From contig OZ240248.1 of assembly GCA_965198235.1 (NCBI GenBank), positions 4,352,001-4,416,000 of the forward strand: a DNA stretch of 64,000 bases, written 5' to 3'. Each line of letters begins with the position of its first letter. Position 1 is the first letter of the stretch. The notes under the pieces are model-generated. The model did not search any database. It was not told the origin of the DNA and worked only from the letters and a program-made list of their open reading frames with translations. The translations under genes were made by a program, and so were the position numbers. The stretch comes from Candidatus Poribacteria bacterium (GTDB taxonomy: Bacteria > Poribacteria > WGA-4E > WGA-3G). Below, piece after piece: positions 37,863-48,172 of this stretch.

Positions 37863-38022
37863 GTAGGTTGGGTTGAACGGGGACCCGTAAAGCCTTACAA
37901 ATCAAAGAAAGATGAAGTTTTTCCCATACCATTACACATCGAAAGACCCCAGTGAAACCCAACTCCCCTCCGCAGATTTCGCACTATGAAGTTGGGTTTC
38001 ACGGACGTTCAACCCAACCTAC
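37863..38022. repeat. Inverted REP doublet (GTAGGTTGGGTTGAAC...GTTCAACCCAACCTAC)
   Basis: Long outer inverted repeat plus inner GTGAAACCCAAC/GTTGGGTTTCAC, between convergent genes. Confidence 0.8.
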
Positions 38023-38065
38023 AAATACTTTTTAATCCTGTGAATCCTGATTCAGACAAAAGCAT

Positions 38066-39148
38066 CTAATCCCAGAGAAGATTGATGGCACTCGCTTTGA
38101 TGACACAGTAAACCTCTAATCCTTCTCTCAATTGCAGCTGCTCTCGCGCTTCGTGGGTGATTTTCACCGCAAGGTGATGCCATTCAACGAGAATAGATAC
38201 CCATGTGCGTTCGCTCTTGACATCAAGATACTGAATTTTTCCGGGTAATATATTGCGTGCACTCACCGAGAGATCCGGTTCAAGCGAGATAATAATATCC
38301 TCAGCACGGATAGCGACCGGAACTACCTCGCCGACTTCAATATCGGTATAAGGTATAACAAGAGATTGGCTCCCCATTTCCAGCGAAGTCAAACCGCGTG
38401 CTTTGTCTGAAACCGTCACAGGAAGGAATAGTATGTTTTCGACACCGGTCAATTGCGCGATAGGCATCGCGGAAGGAGCAGTTAACAACCGGTGGGGTTC
38501 ACCGCTCGCCATAATTTCGCCATCAGCGAGCAGGAAGGCTTCGTCAGCCAGTGCCATCGCCTCGGAAAAGGCGTGGGTAATATAAAGGATTGGTATTTCA
38601 AAGACTTCTTTAACGTGGTGCAGATACGGTATAATTCGATCTTTTAGGGCACTATCAAGTGCAGCAAGTGGCTCATCCATCAGGAGCATCCGTGGCTCCA
38701 TCGCGATTGCCCGCGCGATCGCAACCCGTTGACGTTGACCACCAGAGAGTTCTTTCGGATACCGCTGGAGCAGTTCGGAAATTTCAAGAACATCTATCGC
38801 ATCTGAAGATTTACGTGGATTCGGTTGTCCATATCGGATGTTCTGTGCAACCGTGAGATGCGGAAAAAGGTATCCCTCCTGAAAAACATAGCCGAACCTC
38901 CGCTTTTCAGGGGGCAGATTAATGCCAGAGGTAGACGCGTAAAGGACCTCGTCTCCAAAAGCGATCTCACCTTCATCAGGCGTCAGCGTGCCACTGATGC
39001 AATTGAGAAGCGTGCTTTTACCACTTCCAGACACGCCTAAAAATGCCGAAACTTTTGTTTCCAGCGTGCAATTGACTTCTAAAGTGAAACTCCCAAGGCG
39101 TTTGCGAAAATCGAGTCTGATTTTAGTACTACCTGTAATTTCGACCAC
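38066..39148 (-). CDS. modC: Molybdate ABC transporter ATP-binding protein
   Basis: GVSGSGKST, LSGGQRQR, MDEP, C-terminal TOBE (SARN); the start position is approximate. Confidence 0.92.
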   Translation of the reverse strand: MVEITGSTKIRLDFRKRLGSFTLEVNCTLETKVSAFLGVSGSGKSTLLNCISGTLTPDEGEIAFGDEVLYASTSGINLPPEKRRFGYVFQEGYLFPHLTVAQNIRYGQPNPRKSSDAIDVLEISELLQRYPKELSGGQRQRVAIARAIAMEPRMLLMDEPLAALDSALKDRIIPYLHHVKEVFEIPILYITHAFSEAMALADEAFLLADGEIMASGEPHRLLTAPSAMPIAQLTGVENILFLPVTVSDKARGLTSLEMGSQSLVIPYTDIEVGEVVPVAIRAEDIIISLEPDLSVSARNILPGKIQYLDVKSERTWVSILVEWHHLAVKITHEAREQLQLREGLEVYCVIKASAINLLWD

Positions 39149-39165
39149 CTCTACAAAAAATGCGC

Positions 39166-39831
39166 CTACCGGAGCGTAAAACGTTCCGTTAGCCAGAGTG
39201 CTATGAAAGCAACAAGGGTTGAAATAAACACTAATCGATAGACAGAGGCATCTTCTCCGAGATGTACAGCACTGAAAATCGCTAACGCCATCGTTTGAGT
39301 TTTGCCGGGAATGTTTCCTGCCACCATGATAGTGGCACCAAACTCGCCAAGACTTTTGGAGAAACCGAGGATCGTTCCACCGATAACTCCGCGATATGCA
39401 AGCGGGAGGGTTATCGTCCAAAACACCTTGATCGGTGAGGCACCAAGCGTGCGCGCTGCATTCTCAAGCTCCAGCGGTACGGACTCCATCCCTGTTACGA
39501 TACCACGCACTAACAGTGGAAATGAGATAATTGAGACTGCAATAATAACAGCTAACTGGGAAAAAACGATCTCTATACCGAAAGTTTGATAGATAAAACT
39601 ACCAATGACCCCGTGTTTGCCCAATAGGATCAGGAGTAAATATCCACTTACTATAGGCGGTAGCACCAGTGGACACATCACAAGCGTATTCAGGAACGTC
39701 TTTCCCGGAAATGTACGTTTTGCAAGTAGCCAACCGACCAATAGCCCTGGTGGGAACATTATAACAAGACTGAGCAATGCAACTTTTATAGATAAAGAGA
39801 GGGCGGCAACTTCGGCGGGGGTAATCCTCAT
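39166..39831 (-). CDS. modB: Molybdate ABC transporter permease
   Basis: PLVLPPIVSG, AARTLGAS, SLGEFGATIMVAGNIPG. Confidence 0.95.
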   Translation of the reverse strand: MRITPAEVAALSLSIKVALLSLVIMFPPGLLVGWLLAKRTFPGKTFLNTLVMCPLVLPPIVSGYLLLILLGKHGVIGSFIYQTFGIEIVFSQLAVIIAVSIISFPLLVRGIVTGMESVPLELENAARTLGASPIKVFWTITLPLAYRGVIGGTILGFSKSLGEFGATIMVAGNIPGKTQTMALAIFSAVHLGEDASVYRLVFISTLVAFIALWLTERFTLR

Positions 39832-40616
39832 TTTAGTACCAGAAAGGTAAATCCGTGCTTTTCAAAAATTTTACCGCTCTCCATAGAATGAAGATACGTA
39901 ATAAATCTACGCGCCAATTGCTTTCGCTGGCTCTCCTTCATAACGACAGCCGGATAGATGATCGGTGTATATGCTTCAGGCGGTAACTGATAAAGTACTT
40001 TTACGTATCGGGTTAGCGTTGTATCAGTTTTATACACAATCGCTACATCCGCATTTCCGGCGGTTACATACGCAAGCGTGGCACGTACATCCGTACCGAA
40101 GACGAATTTCGGATGTAGCGTCTCCCATAATCCAAAGTGAGTCAAGGCTTCTTTCGCATAAGTGCCAGCAGGTACTATATTTGGATGCCCAATAGCGATT
40201 CTCGAAATCTCAGGCACAGCAAGGTCAGCAAGCGTTTCCACAGAAATCCCAGCGGCTTCATCAGAGACAAGCACCAACCGATTGGTTAACAAATCTTGAC
40301 GACTTTCGGTTTCAAGCAGCCCATTCGTTTCCAAGGCAACAACTTGTCGCGGGCTCGCAGAGATGAAAACATCCGCTGTCGCTCCCTTTTCGAGTTGGCG
40401 TTGTAACGTCGTAGACGCGGCGAAATTGTAATAGACTTTAACCTGATTTTCGGCTGTAAACGCTGTCCCAATTTCAGTGAGCGCATCTGTCAAACTGATT
40501 GCAGCGAACACGTCCAACTCCGTCTGTTTCTGCCCCTCCTTTGTGCATCCTGGAAGCACCATAAACAGCACGAGCAAGCCGATCACGACACAAAATCTGA
40601 TGACTCCGACCATCAT
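39828..40616 (-). CDS. modA: Molybdate-binding lipoprotein
   Basis: FAAISL, ASTTL..Q...GA.ADVFISA, VPAGTYA, IVY.TD. Confidence 0.93.
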   Translation of the reverse strand: MMVGVIRFCVVIGLLVLFMVLPGCTKEGQKQTELDVFAAISLTDALTEIGTAFTAENQVKVYYNFAASTTLQRQLEKGATADVFISASPRQVVALETNGLLETESRQDLLTNRLVLVSDEAAGISVETLADLAVPEISRIAIGHPNIVPAGTYAKEALTHFGLWETLHPKFVFGTDVRATLAYVTAGNADVAIVYKTDTTLTRYVKVLYQLPPEAYTPIIYPAVVMKESQRKQLARRFITYLHSMESGKIFEKHGFTFLVLK

Positions 40617-40651
40617 TCTCCTTTACACACCCGTCAATCCACAAAAAACTC

Positions 40652-40686
40652 TTGACAAGGATAACACTTTTGCTAAACTATGTCAA
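40652..40686. promoter_or_regulatory. Overlapping divergent sigma70 promoters
   Basis: Plus strand TTGACA-16-TAAACT; minus strand TTGACA-17-TATCCT toward modA. Confidence 0.5.
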
Positions 40687-40920
40687 GTACCCTGAAACTA
40701 TTATCAGAAGTCGTCAGTTTTCAGTTATCAGTCGTCAGAATCAGGATTTACAGGCTTCTTCGATCTTTTCAGGAGAATAAATCGGGCTTACAAGGTTTCC
40801 CTCCCACAAAAGTGCTTCGCGAGAATTGAGTGCCTCTGTGACTATAGCGAACTTTTCTTGCAATCCGTTTAAACCTGTGGTATCCTAATTTGTACAGAAA
40901 TAGGTAATAGGGGAAAAACT

Positions 40921-41727
40921 ATGAAATTAGGTTTATGCACCATCGCCTTTCAGGAAAAACCGTTGGAAGAGGTCATTGATATAGCCGCGGATTATGGCTT
41001 TGATGGCATCGAAATTTGGGGAAAGCCACCGCATCTGCCAGCGGACTACGACGAAAATTACGTCAAAAACGTTAAGGACATGGCGCACCGGAAGGGATTA
41101 GCGATTTCAGCGTTCGGTTCATACGTGGACCCGCTGATGGATCTACACCAGAAGCATTTCGAGGAAGCCTTCAAAATCGCACATGAATTAGGCACAGATC
41201 TCGTCAGAATTTGGTCCGGTGGTGGTCCTTCTAAATCAATCGCTCCGTCGGATAAACGCCTGATTCTCTTTCGATTGGTGAGCCTTGCGCAGTGGGCAAA
41301 TTTCCGAAGTATTCGACTCGGACTGGAAATGCACAATAACCATCTCACCGACAGTGTCGCCAGTATCTTGGAAACGATTGAAGGTGTGAGAGTGCCTGCA
41401 CTGCGAACTTACTATCAACCCCTCGCACGTTCGGATGCCGACGAACCACACACAGCCGCTGAAAAACTCGCTGAACACATCGCAAACGTCCACGCTCAAA
41501 ATTTTGACGAAAACGGAAAAGGATGTCCTATCGCAGACGGCGTGGTAGATTACACCCGAATCGTTGAAACGCTAAGCGCAGCGGGATATAATGGATACTT
41601 AGAGATAGAGTTCGTCCATGGTGAAAACAAATTGGAGGCACTTCAACGCGACCGCGACTACCTTGCGAGTTTAATTAATGCCACAAATGGGGAGACACTG
41701 AAGGATCTCGACATCGCACCCGTCTAA
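40921..41727 (+). CDS. Sugar phosphate isomerase/epimerase (xylose isomerase-like TIM barrel)
   Basis: GFDGIEIWG, LEMH, GYNGYLEIEF. Confidence 0.85.
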   Translation: MKLGLCTIAFQEKPLEEVIDIAADYGFDGIEIWGKPPHLPADYDENYVKNVKDMAHRKGLAISAFGSYVDPLMDLHQKHFEEAFKIAHELGTDLVRIWSGGGPSKSIAPSDKRLILFRLVSLAQWANFRSIRLGLEMHNNHLTDSVASILETIEGVRVPALRTYYQPLARSDADEPHTAAEKLAEHIANVHAQNFDENGKGCPIADGVVDYTRIVETLSAAGYNGYLEIEFVHGENKLEALQRDRDYLASLINATNGETLKDLDIAPV

Positions 41728-41738
41728 AATTACATAAA

Positions 41739-42398
41739 TTGTTCTCAACGAAGGTCTGTCGGTCTTCAATACACAGAAAAACTTTGGGGATCTTCATGCG
41801 GTTAGAGGTTGGTATCATCGCACTGGTAGAAGAGGTCTTCGGAATAACCGCAGAACGTCGCACCCACTTTGACTGGCTGCGTAATAAACCACGACCCGAA
41901 GACTTCGGTGAGCATTACGATGTCGTGATGGCACTCTATGCTGAATTAGAAGGCGACTGGCAAAGCACAATAGCGAAAACTGACGGTTATCTGATCCCCG
42001 ATGCCTATTTTCCGGAACCGTATCACTTTATTTTTGAATTTGACGAACTTCAACATTTTACACAATATCGAGAGCAGACCTTCCGGTTTTACCCAGCGAA
42101 CATTCCGCTCGCTTATGAACCACAGAAATACTGTCAGTTTTGTCGACAACACCACGTGGCAGCACTCGCAAAAGGACCGGATCGGTTTCGACGGCACACA
42201 GCGGACTTTCCATATCCGAATGGTCGCGCCGCGCAACGCGCTTTCTTCGATACGTTTCGGGACTGGCTACCCCCGCTGCACGGTCTCAATCCAACCGTGA
42301 GGTTAGCCGAATTTGAAGTGATCACCTATTCTCAATGGACAATTAACAGGAAATGCCGCGAAGGCTTATATGGAAGGCTTATTGTGCGAACGACTTAA
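41739..42398 (+). CDS. Hypothetical protein, possible PD-(D/E)xK-like; C-terminus possibly frameshifted
   Basis: PDAYF...FEFDELQHF...QRAFFD..RD; the likely start is ATG 41796. Confidence 0.55.
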   Translation: MFSTKVCRSSIHRKTLGIFMRLEVGIIALVEEVFGITAERRTHFDWLRNKPRPEDFGEHYDVVMALYAELEGDWQSTIAKTDGYLIPDAYFPEPYHFIFEFDELQHFTQYREQTFRFYPANIPLAYEPQKYCQFCRQHHVAALAKGPDRFRRHTADFPYPNGRAAQRAFFDTFRDWLPPLHGLNPTVRLAEFEVITYSQWTINRKCREGLYGRLIVRTT

Positions 42399-42448
42399 AA
42401 TAGCTTCAACCGCCACAAAAAACAAAAAGGTAGGATAAACAGCACTAC

Positions 42449-43378
42449 ATGAGCAAGCGAAAGCCTGAAAAGGTGAATCTTTCAGAGTATCCACTGCTTC
42501 AGATAATAGGACAGACACCGCTCGCCAAAATAGATCTTTTTTCAAACGAGTTGCCGAACGTTGACATCTACGCGAAGATGGAAACCTACAACCCCGGAGG
42601 CTCGATCAAAGACCGACCGGTCTTAAGGATGCTCACCGAGGCAATCGCATCGGGAGAACTGACACGAGAAAAGGTTATCCTCGACTCCAGCTCCGGCAAC
42701 GCGGGGATCGCCTACGCGATGATAGGCGCAGCACTCGGCTATAAAGTTGAACTCGTGATCCCAGACAACGCCAGCGAAGAACGAAAAAAACGTATCCACT
42801 CACACGGGGCAGACATCATCTATACCGATGCTATCCTCGGTTACGATGAGGCGTTACGAGAAGTCGATCGGCGTTATGAAGCCGATCCTGAGCGGTATTT
42901 CTTCAAATCGCAATACGAAAATGAAAACAACTGGCGCGCCCACTTTGAAACAACGGGTGTCGAAATCTGGAACCAAACAGGTGGGAAAGTTACGCACTTT
43001 GTTGCAGGTGTAGGGACTGGTGGCACTATCACTGGTGTCGGCAGGCGGCTTAAAAACTATAACCCAGACATCCAAGTCTGTTCCATTTCACCAGAGGCGT
43101 TCCCCGGTATTGAGGGGCTCAAACCGCTTGGGCATCCGGACGACATCGTTCCAGAAATTTTGGATGAATCCGTGATTGATTGCCGGATTCCTGCGACGAT
43201 TGAAAAGGCACACGAAATGTGTAGCCGTCTTGCACAACGGGGGTGGTTCGTCGGACAATCTTCCGGTGGCTATCTCTATGGCGCATATCAAGTCGCCCAA
43301 CAAATTCAGGAAGGCGTTATCGTCACAGTCTTCAACGACCTCGGCGAACGCTATTTCAGCACAAGATTATGGGATTAA
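42449..43378 (+). CDS. PLP-dependent cysteine synthase (CysK/CysM family)
   Basis: IGQTPL, NPGGSIKDR, SSGNAG, GVGTGGT, ERYFS. Confidence 0.92.
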   Translation: MSKRKPEKVNLSEYPLLQIIGQTPLAKIDLFSNELPNVDIYAKMETYNPGGSIKDRPVLRMLTEAIASGELTREKVILDSSSGNAGIAYAMIGAALGYKVELVIPDNASEERKKRIHSHGADIIYTDAILGYDEALREVDRRYEADPERYFFKSQYENENNWRAHFETTGVEIWNQTGGKVTHFVAGVGTGGTITGVGRRLKNYNPDIQVCSISPEAFPGIEGLKPLGHPDDIVPEILDESVIDCRIPATIEKAHEMCSRLAQRGWFVGQSSGGYLYGAYQVAQQIQEGVIVTVFNDLGERYFSTRLWD

Positions 43379-43391
43379 CCCAGGGAGCTCC

Positions 43392-44687
43392 ATGGAAACA
43401 ACAGTTATTCCGTTTCGAGGCTTACGCTACAATACGACCAAGGTGGACGGAATTGAGAACGTTATTGCACCGCCGTACGATGTCATCAAACCTGAAGAAC
43501 GGATCGCTTTAGAGGCACGCCACCGCGCCAACATCATCCGCTTAATTTTAAGTCAACCGGAAGATAATGACACTGACGGTAAGAACCAGTACACACGCGC
43601 CGCTGCACGCATGAACCAGTGGACTTCAGAGGGCACCCTCATCAGGGACACAACACCCCGTTATTACATCTATGACCAATCCTTTAATGCCCCTGACGGG
43701 AAAAATTATACGCGCCGTGCCTTAATAGCACTCGTAAAACTGGAACCTTTTGAAAATCGGGTGATCCTACCGCACGAAAAAACACACGCGGGACCGAAGG
43801 CGGATCGACTCAATCTCATGCGGGAATGCCACGCAAATCTTAGCCCCATCTTCCTCCTCTATGCCGATCCCGCCGGGGATATCGAACGGATAATGGATAG
43901 TTTCACCGATAAAAATCAACCCCAGATCGACTGTGCCGAAACGTTTGGAAGCACACACCAACTATGGTGCTTAGACGACACAGAACGCAACCGTGAGATT
44001 CAAGCCATCTTTTCAACAACACCGCTCCTAATCGCCGATGGACATCATCGTTATGAAACTGCCCTCGCCTTTCGAGACGAAATGGTTCAGAAGACATCAA
44101 ATGGCGCGTCCTCCGGTTACGACTACATGATGGTGAACCTCGTCAGGATGGAATCACCCGGTTTGGCGGTTTTAGCGATTCATCGACTCCTGTCTAACCT
44201 CAACGCAGATCGGATCGCACACGCTATCACTAAACTGCCAGAGGTGTTTGAGGTGCATGAAATTGAGACACAAGCGAGCCTCATGGCAAAATTAGATAGA
44301 CTAAAAGGGAAATCTTCCGGAGTTGGCATGTACACAGCAGACGATACCTACCGCCTGCTGATTCCGTATTCAACCACACCGAAGCAATTGGATGTAACGC
44401 TTGTTCAAGAAACCCTCATCAAAAATCTATTTCAGATTGAAACACTGGCGGAACACATCAGTTACACCGCCTATGCAGATGATGCCGTTACACACGTGAA
44501 AGAAGGAGCAGCCCGCGTCGCACTCCTGATGAATCCGACACCCGTTGAACAGGTCTTAGATGTGGCTATGGCAGGATCAACCATGCCACAGAAATCCACC
44601 TATTTCTATCCGAAGATGGCAACCGGATTCGTCTTAAATCTGTTGAACGAGTCGTATCACAAACGTCCGAGACGGAATAACTTTTGA
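43392..44687 (+). CDS. DUF1015 family protein
   Basis: PFRGLRY, APPYDVI, PHEKT, IADGHHRYETA, MPQKSTYFYPK. Confidence 0.9.
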   Translation: METTVIPFRGLRYNTTKVDGIENVIAPPYDVIKPEERIALEARHRANIIRLILSQPEDNDTDGKNQYTRAAARMNQWTSEGTLIRDTTPRYYIYDQSFNAPDGKNYTRRALIALVKLEPFENRVILPHEKTHAGPKADRLNLMRECHANLSPIFLLYADPAGDIERIMDSFTDKNQPQIDCAETFGSTHQLWCLDDTERNREIQAIFSTTPLLIADGHHRYETALAFRDEMVQKTSNGASSGYDYMMVNLVRMESPGLAVLAIHRLLSNLNADRIAHAITKLPEVFEVHEIETQASLMAKLDRLKGKSSGVGMYTADDTYRLLIPYSTTPKQLDVTLVQETLIKNLFQIETLAEHISYTAYADDAVTHVKEGAARVALLMNPTPVEQVLDVAMAGSTMPQKSTYFYPKMATGFVLNLLNESYHKRPRRNNF

Positions 44688-44697
44688 AGGTGAAACG

Positions 44698-45738
44698 ATG
44701 TACCACGAACACGAACGAGATACCTTAGCATTTTCGCATCAATTATATGCAGAGACACCTCGTCAACTCGCATTTCAGGCGACGAGTATTGCAGGAGCAG
44801 AAGTCTGGCAGCGCGAACTGCGGGCAAAACTTATCGAATTAGTTGGTGGTTTTCCGCAGGAAGCATGCGATCTACAACCGCAAGTTCTGGACGCTTGCGA
44901 ATTTCCTACTTATTTCCGCGAGACAGTGCAGTTTCAGAGTCGTCCACACGCTGCTATTTTCGGGTACTTCCTTTCTCCGAAGCCGCTCGATAGTTCAACC
45001 CCGAAGCCAGCGATTCTCTGTTTAGCGGGCCACGGGCGCGGTGTAGATGACATCGTCGGGATTGAGGAAGATGGCACCATGCGATCAGAATATGGCGGCT
45101 ATCAGAACGACTTCGCACTCCAATGTGTGGCAAACGGGTACACCGTGCTTGCCATTGAACAGTTCGGGTTTGGTCACCGACGGGATCCCATCGCTCATCA
45201 AAAGGGTGGCGGGAGTTCCTCGTGTCAACCGAGTGCGGGTGCTGCCCTACTCTTAGGTCACACGATGGTAGGTTGGCGGGTTTACGATGCGATGCGCGCC
45301 TTTGACTATCTGGCGACTCGTCCAGAGGTCGATATGAATCGTCTCGGCGTGATGGGCATCTCTGGCGGCGGCACAACAACCTTCTTCACTGCTGCAATTG
45401 ATGAACGTGTCAAGGCGGCTATTGTGAGCGGTTACTTCAACACCTTTCGGGATAGCATCCTGAGCCTCAGCCATTGTATAGACAACTACATACCGAATGT
45501 GCTACAATATGCTGAGATGTATGACATCGCGGGGTTGATCGCACCGCGCGCCCTGTTTGTTGAATCCGGAACGGAAGACACGATTTTTCCGATTGAAGCC
45601 ACCCGCTTCGCGGTTAATGAAGCAAAATCAATTTACAAATGCTTCGATGCCGAAGACAAGATAGGACTTGAAGTATTCGAAGCGGGGCATAGTTTCCACG
45701 GTGTCGGTGCATTCGAGTTTCTCAAAGGGGTCCTATAA
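44698..45738 (+). CDS. Alpha/beta hydrolase (dienelactone hydrolase/acetylxylan esterase-like)
   Basis: GISGGG nucleophile elbow, LIAPR, catalytic D and GH. Confidence 0.85.
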   Translation: MYHEHERDTLAFSHQLYAETPRQLAFQATSIAGAEVWQRELRAKLIELVGGFPQEACDLQPQVLDACEFPTYFRETVQFQSRPHAAIFGYFLSPKPLDSSTPKPAILCLAGHGRGVDDIVGIEEDGTMRSEYGGYQNDFALQCVANGYTVLAIEQFGFGHRRDPIAHQKGGGSSSCQPSAGAALLLGHTMVGWRVYDAMRAFDYLATRPEVDMNRLGVMGISGGGTTTFFTAAIDERVKAAIVSGYFNTFRDSILSLSHCIDNYIPNVLQYAEMYDIAGLIAPRALFVESGTEDTIFPIEATRFAVNEAKSIYKCFDAEDKIGLEVFEAGHSFHGVGAFEFLKGVL

Positions 45739-45752
45739 ATAAGGAGAGTAGA

Positions 45753-46544
45753 GTGGCAATTGAACTGTTTTCGATCGGCACAGAATTAGTTCTTGGACAG
45801 ATTCAGGACACCAACGCGCACTGGATTGCACAGCAAATCCTCCAGATTGGTGGAGAACTACGGCGAGTCACCATGCTACGCGACAACCGAGATGAGATGT
45901 CCGAGGCATTGGATTCGGCAATAGAACGGGAAACATTGCTTATTCTCACAACAGGTGGACTCGGACCCACACCCGACGATATGACCGTTGAGGTGGTCGC
46001 TTCACTCATCGGCACGAAATCCGTAGTGAACGAAGAAACTATCGCTGAGTATCGGAAACGCCGCGAGATGTCAGAGAACGATGTCCTGAACGAAGCACTC
46101 ACAAAAATGGCAACTGTGCCGGAAACGGCTGTCGTTTTGCAGAACCCCGCAGGATGGGCACCCTGCATCAGCGTGGCACACAAGTCTTCCACAATCATGA
46201 TGATGCCTGGTCCACCCCGCGAAATGAAGGCAGTTTTTGAAACGCATATTCAACCCTTGATCACAGAACGTTACCGCGCAGAAATTACCACGGCGCGGGT
46301 TCACGTCAATATGTTTGAAGCCGCAGTTTCACCACTGATGCAGAAGGTGATGGAACGCTACCCAGATGTTTATTTAAAGGCGTATGTTGCCCTCCGCAAA
46401 GCGGATGGAGATACTATGCCGGTCGATCTTGTTTCAACGAGTACGGACAAAGCGGATGCCGAAACGCAATTGCAACTCGCTACGTATTATTTCCGAGAGC
46501 TTGTTGTTGAAGCAGGAAAACGTTTTAGTTTTGAAGATGAATAA
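45753..46544 (+). CDS. CinA N-terminal-like molybdopterin-binding domain protein
   Basis: IGTELVLGQIQDTNA, TGGLGPTPDDMT, PGPPREM; no C-terminal deamidase domain. Confidence 0.85.
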   Translation: MAIELFSIGTELVLGQIQDTNAHWIAQQILQIGGELRRVTMLRDNRDEMSEALDSAIERETLLILTTGGLGPTPDDMTVEVVASLIGTKSVVNEETIAEYRKRREMSENDVLNEALTKMATVPETAVVLQNPAGWAPCISVAHKSSTIMMMPGPPREMKAVFETHIQPLITERYRAEITTARVHVNMFEAAVSPLMQKVMERYPDVYLKAYVALRKADGDTMPVDLVSTSTDKADAETQLQLATYYFRELVVEAGKRFSFEDE

Positions 46545-46653
46545 CAGACGGACGCTGGAAGTCCGTCAATCTGTGGATGTTTTACTGTGTATCGCAGTGT
46601 GAAGTATCCATACTTCGCACCGTTTACCGTACCCCAAAAAGGAGATTTATACC

Positions 46654-47013
46654 GTGAATCGCAGACCTTCAGGAAATACAAGGAGACCGCAAACGCGGCG
46701 GCCTAACCCGAAACGGAAGCCAAAACCTAAGAAACGACGAGATGCTGATGTCAACTTGGATACGGAACCCCAAGCCGAAGGCGAAGAGCAAACTCCCTCT
46801 AAAAAGGATAAAATAGAGGTGGAAGGCACCGTCGTGGAACCCTTACCCAACGCGATGTTCCGTGTGGAATTGGAAAATAAGCACCAGATTCTGGCACATA
46901 TCTCCGGCAGAATGCGAAAATTCTTCATCAAAATTTTGCCGGGCGATAAGGTGACTGTGGAACTCTCCCCTTACGATCTCACAAGGGGACGTATTACCTA
47001 TCGGAAAAAGTAG
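46654..47013 (+). CDS. infA: Translation initiation factor IF-1 with an N-terminal extension
   Basis: [25 protein letters not shown]...LAHISGRMR...[21 protein letters not shown]; AAAGGAG before GTG 46654. Confidence 0.95.
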   Translation: MNRRPSGNTRRPQTRRPNPKRKPKPKKRRDADVNLDTEPQAEGEEQTPSKKDKIEVEGTVVEPLPNAMFRVELENKHQILAHISGRMRKFFIKILPGDKVTVELSPYDLTRGRITYRKK

Positions 47014-47141
47014 TTTCCGAAAAGACTTGTAGGCGCGGTTTCCCGCCGCGCAACGGTCCTTGATTTTCGTAAGTCCGAACACCTTCAAAGCACATCCTGT
47101 TTACAAAGCCGCTTTACCCCCTTATACTACAGGAAATTCCG

Positions 47142-47957
47142 ATGAAACCTGCCGCATTAATCCACGTCAATACCGCCGATGAAAAGGAAGCAACCCGACT
47201 CCTGGAGGCTATTGAAGCGAAGCACAGGCAGGTAGAAGAACTCACAATAGCAATCGAGACGCTCAAGTCAGAAGTCGACGTATTTGAGCGACGCTACAAC
47301 GCACATATCAGCCGATACTACCTCGAACTTGATAAAGTTGAACTCGAAATGAAGGAGTATCGTCTCCGCCTACAACTGCGCCGCGAAAGCGTGAGTGAAG
47401 AAGAGATAGAAGCGCGGGTGGAATCGTGTTTCAGGGCGAGTCGCGCGCGTGTTGACGCATACGAGGAGGTAAATGAATCAGAACCAACGCCTCAAGAGGA
47501 TAAACTTCCTGACACCAAAGCGAAGCACCTACAAAACCTCTACCGCAAACTCGCTAAACGGTATCATCCGGACAAGGCTATGGACACCGAGGAGGAGGAA
47601 CGCCGAGAACAATTAATGCCGCTCATTAACCGAGCCTATAACGAACAAGACATTGAGACCTTAGAGCGGTTAAGCCTCGGCGAAACAGAACTACATGTCC
47701 CTGAAGAAGCGGCTCCTGAGAAACGAAGAGCACTACATACGGAATTGCGAAGGCTTAACCGAGCCGCGAGCCAATTGCGATTTGAGATAAACCGACTCAA
47801 GACGGGGCGCACCTATCAACTGAAACAACAGATAGAAAGTGCCAAAAAAACGGGTACAGATCTGCTTACGACTCTCGCCAAGGACTTAGAGCGAAAAATC
47901 AAGGCAAGCCGAGGCCAACTCGCACGCCTCATTAATATGTGGCACCGTGCACAATGA
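47142..47957 (+). CDS. Coiled-coil protein with a central J-domain
   Basis: LYRKLAKRYHPDK...INRAY. Confidence 0.8.
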   Translation: MKPAALIHVNTADEKEATRLLEAIEAKHRQVEELTIAIETLKSEVDVFERRYNAHISRYYLELDKVELEMKEYRLRLQLRRESVSEEEIEARVESCFRASRARVDAYEEVNESEPTPQEDKLPDTKAKHLQNLYRKLAKRYHPDKAMDTEEEERREQLMPLINRAYNEQDIETLERLSLGETELHVPEEAAPEKRRALHTELRRLNRAASQLRFEINRLKTGRTYQLKQQIESAKKTGTDLLTTLAKDLERKIKASRGQLARLINMWHRAQ

Positions 47958-48172
47958 CCTTGCAATGTCCAAAATAATTTATAGGCGCGTTTTTCGGAGT
48001 CTAATTTTTTTCGATCAGACGGCACAAGTTCCTCCCTACAAATGCCCCGTTTTGGTCGTGTCTATAGTTTTCATCACATTATATTTAGTCCCAGCGGGAC
48101 GACAGGTGTATAGAAACGCCGTCACCCCGAAGAATAAAGCCCCAGCGGGGCAACAGGCGTAAGGAATCAATC

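Noticed and set aside
39149-39421. N-terminal extension of ModC in the ORF track (similar extensions at 43176, 37078, 55063 and 800)
   Set aside because: These extensions overlap upstream genes or repeats; downstream starts fit the family lengths and RBS or promoter positions better.
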